This document shows, in pieces, positions 10,145 to 19,097 of a stretch of DNA of 41,005 nt. Under the pieces are notes generated by a model. It was not told where the DNA came from. It searched no databases and worked only from the letters and a program-made list of their open reading frames with translations. The translations under genes were made by a program, and so were the position numbers. Numbering within the stretch: the first letter of the stretch is position 1; each line of letters opens with the position of its first letter. Source of the stretch: Candidatus Omnitrophota bacterium (GTDB lineage Bacteria; Omnitrophota; Gorgyraeia; Gygaellales; Profunditerraquicolaceae); assembly GCA_016212045.1 (NCBI GenBank), contig JACRHO010000114.1:1-41005 (forward strand), written 5' to 3'.

Positions 10145-11566
10145 TTAGCGAATAGTAAAAACACGAATACCTATTTGAAAGGCAGAAATAATATCTCGCG
10201 GAGAAAAAAATCTTAATTTCCGGAAAATCTGCCGAATCTTATACCTAAGAGGGCGACTCTTAAAGATAACCGCCTTAATGTCTCTTAAGGACAGGGGCGG
10301 AGCCTCCCAACATGGAGTATATGGATCTGTTCCTAACACATTGTAAAGTGGACGGGCATATTGGGTATTCCAAGAAAAATCACGAGGCAAGACCCCTTGC
10401 TGATATGCTAATTTTTCGACCTCTGTGCCGGGATAGATAGCAGTAAATCCATAAGCGGCCCGGACATTAGGATAGGCGGAAAATTTGTTAATTAAACTGA
10501 TAGTTTTACGCAATTCCTGCATCGTCTCTCCAGGAAGACTAACCATAAACATAGCATCAAAGGGAATTCCGACACGAGCGGTGGTTTCAATGGCTTTAGT
10601 GGCCTGGTCGACGGTTATCCCTTTCTTTAATGACTGAAGGGTTTTATCACTGCCCGATTCTATCCCGTACATAATATAACAACAGCCGGCTGACTTCATT
10701 AATGAGAGTAGATCTTTATCTACGGTATTAACGCGGGCTAAAGCTGACCAGCAAATATTCATCTTCCTTTTAAGAATACCTTCACAGATGCTCACAATAT
10801 GGTTACGGTCTATAGTAATAGTATCATCATTAAATAAGAATCCGCGGTAGCCATAAATCTTTTGAAAATAAGCGACCTCATCTAAGAAAAACTCCGGAGA
10901 CCTTTTTCTGAATTTATGCTTCTTTAAGGCGGTTATAGAACAGAAAATACATTTACAAGGACAGCCGCGGCTGCTAATAACTCCCAGTCCAGGAACATTT
11001 TTACTGCCGCGGATATGTATTTTATAGCGCTTTAGATCAAACAAATGATATGCGGGACGCGGAAGGGAATCCAGATCTTCATTCAATGGCCGATCAGGGG
11101 TTTCAATGATTTCGCCATTGTGCCGAAAAAATATCCCATCGATCTTTGAAAGAGGGATATTGGCCTCTACGGCTCTTGCGATCTCAACGATGGTGTTTTC
11201 TCCTTCGCCTTTGACAATACAATCGATCTCAGGAATTTTTGAAAAGGCATCTCTTGCCGTGGGAGGAAAATGTGACCCTCCCGCGACAATAAAGGCTTTA
11301 GTCACCTCTTTAATTATTTTCATGGCCTGGATTGCCTGAAAACGCCCGGCAGTAGTAGCCGTAAAACCAACCATCGAAGGTTTAAGTTCAATAACCTGTT
11401 TAATCATCTGCTGCAGATTATTATTTGATGATACGGGATCAATAATAGATACTTTATAACCACTTTCTTCCAAAAAAGCACCTAAATAAGCCAGCCCGGG
11501 ATGAGGGTGGTAATCCATAGTGATAAAATTTATATCTGCAGGAGCTTCAACTAAAACTATATGCAT
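10145..11566 (-). CDS. B12-binding-domain radical SAM enzyme (class B type), copy 2
   Basis: B12-domain-like N-terminus (VGFTATT...VAGGSHF...VKGEGE). CPCKCIFC at 10940..10963, verified on the DNA. IMYGIESG. AGGGGA Shine-Dalgarno sequence 7 nt upstream of the ATG. Confidence 0.85.
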   Translation of the reverse strand: MHIVLVEAPADINFITMDYHPHPGLAYLGAFLEESGYKVSIIDPVSSNNNLQQMIKQVIELKPSMVGFTATTAGRFQAIQAMKIIKEVTKAFIVAGGSHFPPTARDAFSKIPEIDCIVKGEGENTIVEIARAVEANIPLSKIDGIFFRHNGEIIETPDRPLNEDLDSLPRPAYHLFDLKRYKIHIRGSKNVPGLGVISSRGCPCKCIFCSITALKKHKFRKRSPEFFLDEVAYFQKIYGYRGFLFNDDTITIDRNHIVSICEGILKRKMNICWSALARVNTVDKDLLSLMKSAGCCYIMYGIESGSDKTLQSLKKGITVDQATKAIETTARVGIPFDAMFMVSLPGETMQELRKTISLINKFSAYPNVRAAYGFTAIYPGTEVEKLAYQQGVLPRDFSWNTQYARPLYNVLGTDPYTPCWEAPPLSLRDIKAVIFKSRPLRYKIRQIFRKLRFFSPRDIISAFQIGIRVFTIR

Positions 11567-11623
11567 ATTAAAATCCCCTAACTAATTAAAATACATCTAG
11601 TTATAAATAAAATACTTCCGTCT

Positions 11624-11651
11624 ATTATACTGGTCATCATTAACAAATCAA
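11624..11651 (-). promoter_or_regulatory. Candidate internal sigma70-type promoter (TTGATT-N16-TATAAT) in the largest intergenic gap
   Basis: On the minus strand, TTGATT lies at 11651..11646 and TATAAT at 11629..11624. Both sit in the 88-nt gap upstream of the radical SAM gene that starts at 11566. In AT-rich DNA such matches arise easily by chance. Confidence 0.25.
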
Positions 11652-11654
11652 ACA

Positions 11655-12809
11655 TTATAGTTTTTCTGATATAATTTTTGAGATGATTTCAACCCTGCTA
11701 ACCCAAGATAGCCCAGCTGCAATTTCTCGTCTTTTTAATAGATTGCCATTATCCTTTAAATAGGAATCGATATTATCCATAAAATCTTTATGGCCCTGGC
11801 TTAACTTTACCACCTCCTGGAATTCTGCAAGTTCGCTAAGATTAGTAGACACAACAGGTTTGCCTACTGCAAAATATTCTAGTATCTTCAGGGGAAATAC
11901 ACTTCGGTTAAAACCTTCGGTATAATATGGAATAATACAAACATCCATCATGTATATGTATCCGGGCAATAGGTTGTGTTTCTTAAAACCTAAATAATGT
12001 ATATTGGGAAATTTTTTAAGAATAGTCCTGTTGTCTGAAGACATTAAATTATATCCGATCAAAATTATCTTCCAATTAGGTTTATGGGAAGCCAAGTAAG
12101 ATAAAAGCCCTATGTTTATTCTGGCATCTAAAGTTCCCACAAAGCCTATTCGGGGCGAGGGGATATTCCTCATTTCCGGTGGCAGCATACTCAATGGGAA
12201 TTCCCTGCTAAAACTATCAAAATCTACGCCATTACGGATAAAATGGATATCCGCACGCCAATCTCTCATTTTCTGGGCGATAAGTTTTGCACAGGTAAAT
12301 ATGATATCCGCTTTCTTTAATAAATTATCTTCAAGAAATGATAAAACAGCCCTTCTTTTCTCAATGGCTATCTCAGAACGAAAATCATCTATGCAATAAT
12401 ATATGGACAAAGATTCGTTCATCTGACCTAAGAGCAAAATGCTGTTAACCGTATAGATCCATAAAATAGGATGCGGAAAACCAACTCTCTTGGTTATCCT
12501 TCTTAAGGAAATCGCAAGTATCTTCTGGTTAATCCTATTAATCAAAATTGAGTAGTTCGTGAATGGTAAAACAGGCATAGGGGTATAAATATATAAAAAT
12601 CCTTCTTTTTTTGATATACCCCGCAACCACCTGGTTATCCTCTCAAGCCCTCTTATCGGATTTTTTAAAATATGTAGAACAGAAAGTTGGGGTTCTACAT
12701 ATAAAATCCGGTTATTCTTGGCCAAAATAGACATAATCTGCTGTCTGCTGCCGTAAGGCGTCTCCCAGTCCGAAGTAGATATACAGATTATATCCTTATC
12801 CTTTATCAT
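11655..12809 (-). CDS. GT-B fold glycosyltransferase (GT4/GT1, TuaH-like)
   Basis: The N-terminus DIICISTSDWETPYGSRQQIM is typical of TuaH-like enzymes. C-terminal E-x7-E region: FPLKILEYFAVGKPVVST. Confidence 0.7.
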   Translation of the reverse strand: MIKDKDIICISTSDWETPYGSRQQIMSILAKNNRILYVEPQLSVLHILKNPIRGLERITRWLRGISKKEGFLYIYTPMPVLPFTNYSILINRINQKILAISLRRITKRVGFPHPILWIYTVNSILLLGQMNESLSIYYCIDDFRSEIAIEKRRAVLSFLEDNLLKKADIIFTCAKLIAQKMRDWRADIHFIRNGVDFDSFSREFPLSMLPPEMRNIPSPRIGFVGTLDARINIGLLSYLASHKPNWKIILIGYNLMSSDNRTILKKFPNIHYLGFKKHNLLPGYIYMMDVCIIPYYTEGFNRSVFPLKILEYFAVGKPVVSTNLSELAEFQEVVKLSQGHKDFMDNIDSYLKDNGNLLKRREIAAGLSWVSRVEIISKIISEKL

Positions 12810-12812
12810 TTG

Positions 12813-14321
12813 TTAGAAATTCCAGAGAGGAATTCTCAAGCCCTCATTAATAAGACTCCTCTCTTGTTTTTTAAAGGGCTTATTGATATACGATAAAAGT
12901 AAATAAACTAAGATGCCCAAGATAACTACTACTAAGAGTAAAACCAAATTATCTCCTATAAAGCGCTTGCACAATACTAAAAATAACATCATCATAAGCG
13001 AATTAAACAATATTTTTAAAAATGACCTTAAGGGGTAACTTATCTTGATAAGGCGCTTCGCAAAGAAGAAATACAGCAAGAAGATAAGCAGAGTAGAGCT
13101 TCCATAGGCATAAGCCGCTCCGATTATGCCCATCTGTTTTATTAATATAATAGATGCACAGATTCTATAAATTATTACAACATTGCTATAGAGGGCATAT
13201 TCGTTTTTTTCAAAGACATTAAAAATAACTTTTATCGGGATAGTAAAGGTCTGTAATACAACGGCCAATACCAAAATTTTTAAAGTAAAAATTGAGGGTT
13301 CAAATTTATTTTGATAAACAATCAGAACAAATTTATCTATTAACGCCCAGATGCTAAGTATTATAGGAAAGACGAAGAATGCCTTAAACTTATTATAGAG
13401 TTGAAAGAGGTTATTTAAAACATCCGGGTCGTTGTATTTTAAATGCTGTTTGATAAATAACGGTGATATGATCGACTGCAGCACCACTCCGGGTGACCAA
13501 TACAAGACAAAAAAAGCTATTGAAGAGGCAAAATTAAAAAGTCCGGCGCCTACCGAACCAAGTAGATAGGCAATCACATAAATATCGAATGACATCTCCC
13601 AGAAGAAAGCCGATGCTATATACAGGTATTCTTTGACGCTAAAGATAGAAAAACGCCTCAATTCTGCCTTTGAGGGCTCCCCTTGCGCTTCTTTTGTCAG
13701 AAAATAGGTATAAATCTTTTTAAAATATAACAGCGAATGCAGGATGCCTACTATAGCAATCGCCATTACTAACCAATCTATGCCTAACCTATATTGTAAA
13801 ACCGCGATAAATAAGGACAATTTTAATAAGCTCAATAATGCCTGGCAGGAATTTCTAAATACCTGCATAAACAGCGCATTCAGTATCTCCTCTTCGGCCT
13901 TTATAATTATAGATAAGATGCCGATAAAAACTAAAACTGGTAATAATCTTACCAAAGCATCTATTTTAAATATAAATGCAATTTTGTTGGCTACAAAAAA
14001 ACTAGAAATTATTAGTAAAATCCCTAATGTGGTTATAGCATATAAACTTAATTTTATTATATAAACGGCGGTGCCCTTTTTATCTCTCTCAATATATTCC
14101 GGGATAAACCGTAAAAGAGTTTGCGGAATGCCTAAAGAAGCGAAAAATGCAAAAAAAGTTAAAATCGCCATTAAGAAGGAGTATATTCCGTAGTCGTTAA
14201 GTATGAGTTTTTTGGTAATTAGGATAAAGGTTGAGGCATCCACAATTGTTGTTATCAGTTTGCCGAGATAGTTGGCAATGGCGCTTTTCATGCTTATCTT
14301 TTTAATATTATCTTCTAACAT
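12813..14321 (-). CDS. wzx: Wzx-type oligosaccharide/polysaccharide flippase (MOP superfamily)
   Basis: 502 aa, about 12-14 hydrophobic helices. The N-terminal region (KSAIANYLGKLITTIVDASTFILITKKL..DYGIYS) is typical of polysaccharide biosynthesis (Polysacc_synt) flippases. Confidence 0.7.
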   Translation of the reverse strand: MLEDNIKKISMKSAIANYLGKLITTIVDASTFILITKKLILNDYGIYSFLMAILTFFAFFASLGIPQTLLRFIPEYIERDKKGTAVYIIKLSLYAITTLGILLIISSFFVANKIAFIFKIDALVRLLPVLVFIGILSIIIKAEEEILNALFMQVFRNSCQALLSLLKLSLFIAVLQYRLGIDWLVMAIAIVGILHSLLYFKKIYTYFLTKEAQGEPSKAELRRFSIFSVKEYLYIASAFFWEMSFDIYVIAYLLGSVGAGLFNFASSIAFFVLYWSPGVVLQSIISPLFIKQHLKYNDPDVLNNLFQLYNKFKAFFVFPIILSIWALIDKFVLIVYQNKFEPSIFTLKILVLAVVLQTFTIPIKVIFNVFEKNEYALYSNVVIIYRICASIILIKQMGIIGAAYAYGSSTLLIFLLYFFFAKRLIKISYPLRSFLKILFNSLMMMLFLVLCKRFIGDNLVLLLVVVILGILVYLLLSYINKPFKKQERSLINEGLRIPLWNF

Positions 14322-14341
14322 GATGCTATGTTTTTATTATG

Positions 14342-14361
14342 CCAGTTCATTATTGAACTGG
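14342..14361 (-). other. Perfect 8-bp stem / 4-nt loop hairpin in the methyltransferase-wzx intergenic gap
   Basis: The plus strand reads ccagttca ttat tgaactgg. The two arms are exact reverse complements. No U-run follows on the transcript, so it is not a canonical intrinsic terminator. Confidence 0.3.
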
Positions 14362-14383
14362 GGAAGAAATATTAATGCTATTC

Positions 14384-15133
14384 TCATTTTTTCTGGCCCA
14401 CGCAAAGCAAGTTGTGCCCACGAACCTTGACCAGTAATCGAGTAAAGAGCATCCTGATAACTTGCTTCATGATAATTTTGGTAAAGCTGTCGTCCGGATA
14501 CAAAAATATGTCTGGGAAAACGCAAATATGTCTCGGGTCAAATTCTGCCTGTTGAAGGATCCCTGCTGCCTTAGGTTTATCAAAAGACTGAACATGGCCC
14601 ATAGGGTGAAATACAGCTAGACAATCCGGGCATACAACTGTGGAAAGTTTCTCGCGATACGGCATAGTCGTAATAATAATCCCCCGGTCAGAAAGAATAC
14701 GCCGCGCTTCCTTCAATACATTGATTACGTAAGCGTAATTCGAGTGTTCTAATACATCGAAGGCGAAAACTATATCAAAGGCCTTATCTTCAAACGGCGT
14801 ACGATCCAACGCAGAGGCAAAAAGAGGGACTACAATCCCGCTCTGTTTCAAGGCCTGGCGGGTATGTTCAATCGCGCGCGAAGAAATATCTACCCCGGTT
14901 ACCCGGTAACCTTTTCTATAAAAGACTTTGATAAATGTTCCGGTCCCACAACCTAAATCTAAACATCGCATATGGGGCATTAGGTACCTTTTAATTTTTC
15001 GAAGGACTACCTTATAGAAATCCGTGGGGTAAAACCCGGTAGTTAAATTGTGATCGGCAATATAAGATTCCCACATAGCTTCAATTTTTTCTGGTGTCCA
15101 TTTCACACAATGCGATTTCATAGGTTTGGCCAT
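14384..15133 (-). CDS. Class I SAM-dependent methyltransferase
   Basis: Motif I CLDLGCGTGTF, then acidic GVDIS, then FDIVFAFDVLEH. The overlapping ORF 14337..14525 is judged spurious. Confidence 0.8.
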   Translation of the reverse strand: MAKPMKSHCVKWTPEKIEAMWESYIADHNLTTGFYPTDFYKVVLRKIKRYLMPHMRCLDLGCGTGTFIKVFYRKGYRVTGVDISSRAIEHTRQALKQSGIVVPLFASALDRTPFEDKAFDIVFAFDVLEHSNYAYVINVLKEARRILSDRGIIITTMPYREKLSTVVCPDCLAVFHPMGHVQSFDKPKAAGILQQAEFDPRHICVFPDIFLYPDDSFTKIIMKQVIRMLFTRLLVKVRGHNLLCVGQKK

Positions 15134-15200
15134 TTTTTAGCGCCGTTAACAATAGCTGTGATCATCTTAACGAGATAATTAAAAATTGCGTTTTTGATGC

Positions 15201-16835
15201 TTAAGCGCTTAATATTATTCTCTGACATTTCTTCTTACCCAATTCATTTTTTATACATTTGACTCTTCCGTTGGATAAAACATATTTCTTCTTGCATATA
15301 CTACAGGTGCTCTTATTCTGTTTAAACTGTAGTTTATTTGCGCAAATACACATCCACCCTTTTATCTTCGCAGGATTACCGTAAACAAGGGCAAAGGCAG
15401 GCACATCTTTTGTCACTACAGCTCCTGCGCCGACAAAGGCATATTCGCCAATAGTCCTGCCGCAGATAACCGTTGCATTCGCGCCTAAAGTAGCGCCTTT
15501 TTTAATCTGCGTCGATTTATATTCATGCTTTCGGCTGATATAACTTCTGGGGTTTATAACATTGGTAAAAACAACGGATGGTCCGCAAAAGACATCATCC
15601 TCTATTTTTACTGCGTCGTATATAGAGACATTATTTTGTATCTTAACATTATCGCCGACCACAGCTTTGGAGCCGATAAATACATTCTGCCCGATATTAC
15701 AATTCCTACCTATCTTGGCTCCGGGCATAATATGAGAATAATACCAGATCTTGGTGCCTTTACCTATTTTACTCGGTTGCTCAACACAGCTTGAGGGATG
15801 AACGTAATATGTTGATTTGGATGATAGATAATGAGGCGCATGTTCTAAAACAAACACTCTGCCATTTTCCTCTAGCGACATCTGGCAGGCCTGCAATATC
15901 TTCAATGTATCTATTGCGTTTTCACCGCTGGTGCGGGGTTTTTCTCTCTTTAATATGCATTCTAGAAAATGCTGCATTTCTAACAACAATGGCTCAGAAT
16001 TATCAAGTTCTATATTTTCGGCATTTTTTCTTTCCGCTACAGGCATATTTCCCACCCAATTAATTTCGTGGTTAAATAGCTGAAGTTTATTACCAATAGC
16101 AATATCATCAAACACTGCCATCTTACTATTTCCTACTACAACTAATTTCTGTTCTTTGTAAGGATGGAGCCAGCTTACGAATATGTGGGCCTTTACGCCG
16201 CTGGTGAAATTAAGGTTGCTTACGGTTACATCAGCAATACCTTTATTCAGGTAGCTACCGCCGCAGGCTGATACGCTTTCCGGCATTTCCCCCAGAAGGT
16301 GAAGGATTACAGAGATATCATGCGGCGCAAAACTCCACAGTATATTCTCCTCCCGCCTTATCTTGCCAAGGTTTAGGCGATTAGAATAAATATAATTAAT
16401 TTTGCCTAACTTTCCCATATCTATTAGTTCTTTAAGTTTGGAAATTGCAGGATGATACCTAAGCAAATGCCCCACCATTAAAATATTGGCATTTTTACTA
16501 GTTAATTTGACAAGCTCTCGACCCTGTTCAACTGCCATTGCCAAGGGTTTCTCTACAAATACATCTTTACCGCAGGAGAGTGCCTCTTTGGTTAAAAGAT
16601 AATGCGACTCCGGGTTAGTTGATATTGCTACGGCGTCAATGTTTGCGTTCTTTAATATATCTCTATATGAAGTTGTATACTTTAAGTGCGGATACAATTC
16701 TTTCGTGGCTTTCAAAATATTAGGATTCAAATCACAAATGCTAACCAAAACTTTTAGATCATTAAGAACCCTAACCAAATTCCTACCCCAATAACCCGCA
16801 CCTACGACTGCTACGTTGATATTTTTTTTAGCCAT
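15201..16835 (-). CDS. Fusion protein: Gfo/Idh/MocA NAD-dependent sugar oxidoreductase (WbpB/WlbA-like) plus hexapeptide N-acetyltransferase (WbpD/WlbB-like)
   Basis: N-terminal half (aa 1-330): [12 protein letters not shown] and the FVEKPLA motif. C-terminal half (from about aa 343, roughly 15201..15809): [26 protein letters not shown]...[11 protein letters not shown]...[20 protein letters not shown]...GANATVICG...[25 protein letters not shown]. This matches my memory of WlbB/WbpD-type 3-N-acetyltransferases very closely. Confidence 0.8.
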   Translation of the reverse strand: MAKKNINVAVVGAGYWGRNLVRVLNDLKVLVSICDLNPNILKATKELYPHLKYTTSYRDILKNANIDAVAISTNPESHYLLTKEALSCGKDVFVEKPLAMAVEQGRELVKLTSKNANILMVGHLLRYHPAISKLKELIDMGKLGKINYIYSNRLNLGKIRREENILWSFAPHDISVILHLLGEMPESVSACGGSYLNKGIADVTVSNLNFTSGVKAHIFVSWLHPYKEQKLVVVGNSKMAVFDDIAIGNKLQLFNHEINWVGNMPVAERKNAENIELDNSEPLLLEMQHFLECILKREKPRTSGENAIDTLKILQACQMSLEENGRVFVLEHAPHYLSSKSTYYVHPSSCVEQPSKIGKGTKIWYYSHIMPGAKIGRNCNIGQNVFIGSKAVVGDNVKIQNNVSIYDAVKIEDDVFCGPSVVFTNVINPRSYISRKHEYKSTQIKKGATLGANATVICGRTIGEYAFVGAGAVVTKDVPAFALVYGNPAKIKGWMCICANKLQFKQNKSTCSICKKKYVLSNGRVKCIKNELGKKKCQRIILSA

Positions 16836-17539
16836 TGTTTTACCTCATATATAATACGCCTTAAAGGCGACTGGATATTTGAACGGGATAAACCGGCATT
16901 TTTAAATGCTGGCAAATTGCTAAGGTAAATATAATAGTAGTTTATATCCACTGCATTATTTTTTGTTTTTACTATTAAATCATTTCCGGATTTAATGGCA
17001 GAAATATCTATCATTGTGGCGCTTTTTGCGTCTTGAAAATAAACGCCATGATATGGATCAAAGATATACCATCTGCCTTTTAATTTTGCAAAAGAAAAGG
17101 GAATTCTTTTCTTTCCATCGATACTATATACCCAAGTAAAAAAAGCAGGTATGCCTGCATAGTTACAAAGCGTCGCAAATACATCGCAAGATTGATCTTT
17201 TGAGCCATAGCCGCGAATGATTATATTTAAAACATGGTCATCTATAAGAGGAAAACCCTCTGGGACTCTCATCACGCTGGCATAAGTCCAATCAAGCAAT
17301 GCCAGCGCCTTCTTTTCGTCGCTATCGTATCCAGATGTAACTTCTTTAGCGATCTTTCTGTAATGATAATCTCGGTCAAAAAACTCTATGATTTTAATAT
17401 AGAGAGGCATGCTTATGGTTCTGATTTCGCCATTAATACCCTGCTTAGATGTTACGGGAAAGAAAATAATAATCGATACTGTTATTAAACTTAGGGCAAC
17501 TATAAAAATATTTCTATATAATTTCATAAATCTAACCAA
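16811..17539 (-). CDS. Membrane-anchored transglutaminase-like (papain-fold) domain protein
   Basis: N-terminal TM helix ([17 protein letters not shown]). Core resemblance to Transglut_core: LLDWTYASV...[23 protein letters not shown]...GRWYIFDP. The Cys (C118) and Asp (D161) positions are present. The usual HAW histidine position reads FSF. Confidence 0.4.
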   Translation of the reverse strand: MVRFMKLYRNIFIVALSLITVSIIIFFPVTSKQGINGEIRTISMPLYIKIIEFFDRDYHYRKIAKEVTSGYDSDEKKALALLDWTYASVMRVPEGFPLIDDHVLNIIIRGYGSKDQSCDVFATLCNYAGIPAFFTWVYSIDGKKRIPFSFAKLKGRWYIFDPYHGVYFQDAKSATMIDISAIKSGNDLIVKTKNNAVDINYYYIYLSNLPAFKNAGLSRSNIQSPLRRIIYEVKQWLKKIST

Positions 17540-19097
17540 AGTTCCTCTTTAAATACATTTTAAAATGGCTGCGGAAACGCAACCAATCCCCTGAAAAAAT
17601 CATTTTAAGTGCATTAAAAGTAAGGTAGGCAATCTTAAACTTTGAGCTACTAAAACTATGGATATCATAGGTAAACGTCTTCAATAAAAATGTTAAATAT
17701 GCAGGGTGCTTTTTAAGGAACTTATTTTGGCTTAATTTAAGTATAAGCCCTTTGGGGAAATATCTCTTTTTTGCCATATAATAAAGATTATCCCAGAATA
17801 GATTGTCTTCATTGCGGGAATAATCTAATGTGGTCGTCCATCTGTGCAGAGATTGTTGCTTTTTGTCTTCTACGTCGTTTATGCTAATAAGGCCATTTTC
17901 TAAAGCTAATTTAGTTAATTCTGTCTCTGGAAAATAAGTAAGGCTATGGGTATGCAACTGGAAAGGCCTGGGCAATTTAAGCAACAACTGCAGAGTTTCC
18001 ATTCTGTCGGTTTCTTTTTCAAAAGGATTATCCAGTAATATGTCGTATGAAACGTTAATGTCATAGTACTTAAAGATATTCGCGGCATCTATAATTTTCG
18101 CATTAGAAGTAGACCGCCTAAAAAATACATCTCTTATAAATTTTGAACCACTCTGTATACCCATGGTCACATCCTTCAGGCCAGTTGCTTTCAGTAACCG
18201 CAACGTATACTCATCGGCATAATTTGGATGTACATAGCAGAAAAAAGGTGTCCCTATAAGTTTACGATATTTAAAACTGAAATCCTCAAGCCAGGACTTA
18301 TCCATAGAAAAAATATCGTCATAAAAATATATGTAACTTATGGATTTAAATGTCTTCTTGGCTAATTTTAATTCTGCGAGAACATTCTCTACGCTCCTTC
18401 TTCTTACGTATCTTCCTAAGCCGTGGTATATTTTTCTATATGTACTATTGCAGCAATAACTGCATGAAAAGGGACAGCCGCGTGAAGTCATTATATCGTA
18501 TTCAGATCTCTCTTCCACGAGAGGCATCTTTAATATCTTGCCTCGCTCAATCAGATATTTATTCTCATTAGTAAAGTCTGCAAAAGGAACGCTATCAAGG
18601 TTATCTATCAGCCGGGATAATCTATTTTTTATTATTCGGCCATTTTTCTTAACCCAAAGATTATCTACATCGCTATAGTCAGCATCTGCGGATATTTTTT
18701 TAGCAAGTTCTGTAATTGCTCTTTCCCCCTCACCTATGCACACTAAATCAGCGTGTCCCAAAGATTGTTCTGGATGAATAGTAGGATGTGTCCCGCCCCA
18801 TAAAGTTAAAACACCCAATTCGTCTTTTACTTTTTTGGTTATTTCTGCTGCTAATTTAAACATAGTGGACCTAAGGCTTACAGCTACAAGCGAAGGACGA
18901 ATATCTTTAACTAAATTTATCAGCGTATCAATTTCATCTTCGCTTGCTTTATCCATCGTATTATTGGGGTTTGCTAATTTAAAGAAGATGGAGGTAGTAT
19001 TTATATTATTCGAATTTAATACAGAATGAAGCGTCCTAACCCCTAATGCATTCCAGTCATATAAGGCTATTAATATAATTTTAAAATCGGTATTCAT
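17532..19097 (-). CDS. B12-binding-domain radical SAM enzyme (class B type), copy 3
   Basis: LWGGTHPT...VCIGEGE. CPFSCSYC at 18453..18476, verified on the DNA. VTMGIQSGS. Long C-terminal extension. ATGA overlap with the upstream aminotransferase stop. Confidence 0.85.
   Translation of the reverse strand: MNTDFKIILIALYDWNALGVRTLHSVLNSNNINTTSIFFKLANPNNTMDKASEDEIDTLINLVKDIRPSLVAVSLRSTMFKLAAEITKKVKDELGVLTLWGGTHPTIHPEQSLGHADLVCIGEGERAITELAKKISADADYSDVDNLWVKKNGRIIKNRLSRLIDNLDSVPFADFTNENKYLIERGKILKMPLVEERSEYDIMTSRGCPFSCSYCCNSTYRKIYHGLGRYVRRRSVENVLAELKLAKKTFKSISYIYFYDDIFSMDKSWLEDFSFKYRKLIGTPFFCYVHPNYADEYTLRLLKATGLKDVTMGIQSGSKFIRDVFFRRSTSNAKIIDAANIFKYYDINVSYDILLDNPFEKETDRMETLQLLLKLPRPFQLHTHSLTYFPETELTKLALENGLISINDVEDKKQQSLHRWTTTLDYSRNEDNLFWDNLYYMAKKRYFPKGLILKLSQNKFLKKHPAYLTFLLKTFTYDIHSFSSSKFKIAYLTFNALKMIFSGDWLRFRSHFKMYLKRNFG

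Noticed and set aside
14337-14525. 62-aa minus-strand ORF overlapping the 3-prime end of the methyltransferase gene.
   Set aside because: It is out of frame with, and mostly contained in, the well-supported methyltransferase CDS 14384..15133. It has no motif support and would run through the hairpin in the intergenic gap.
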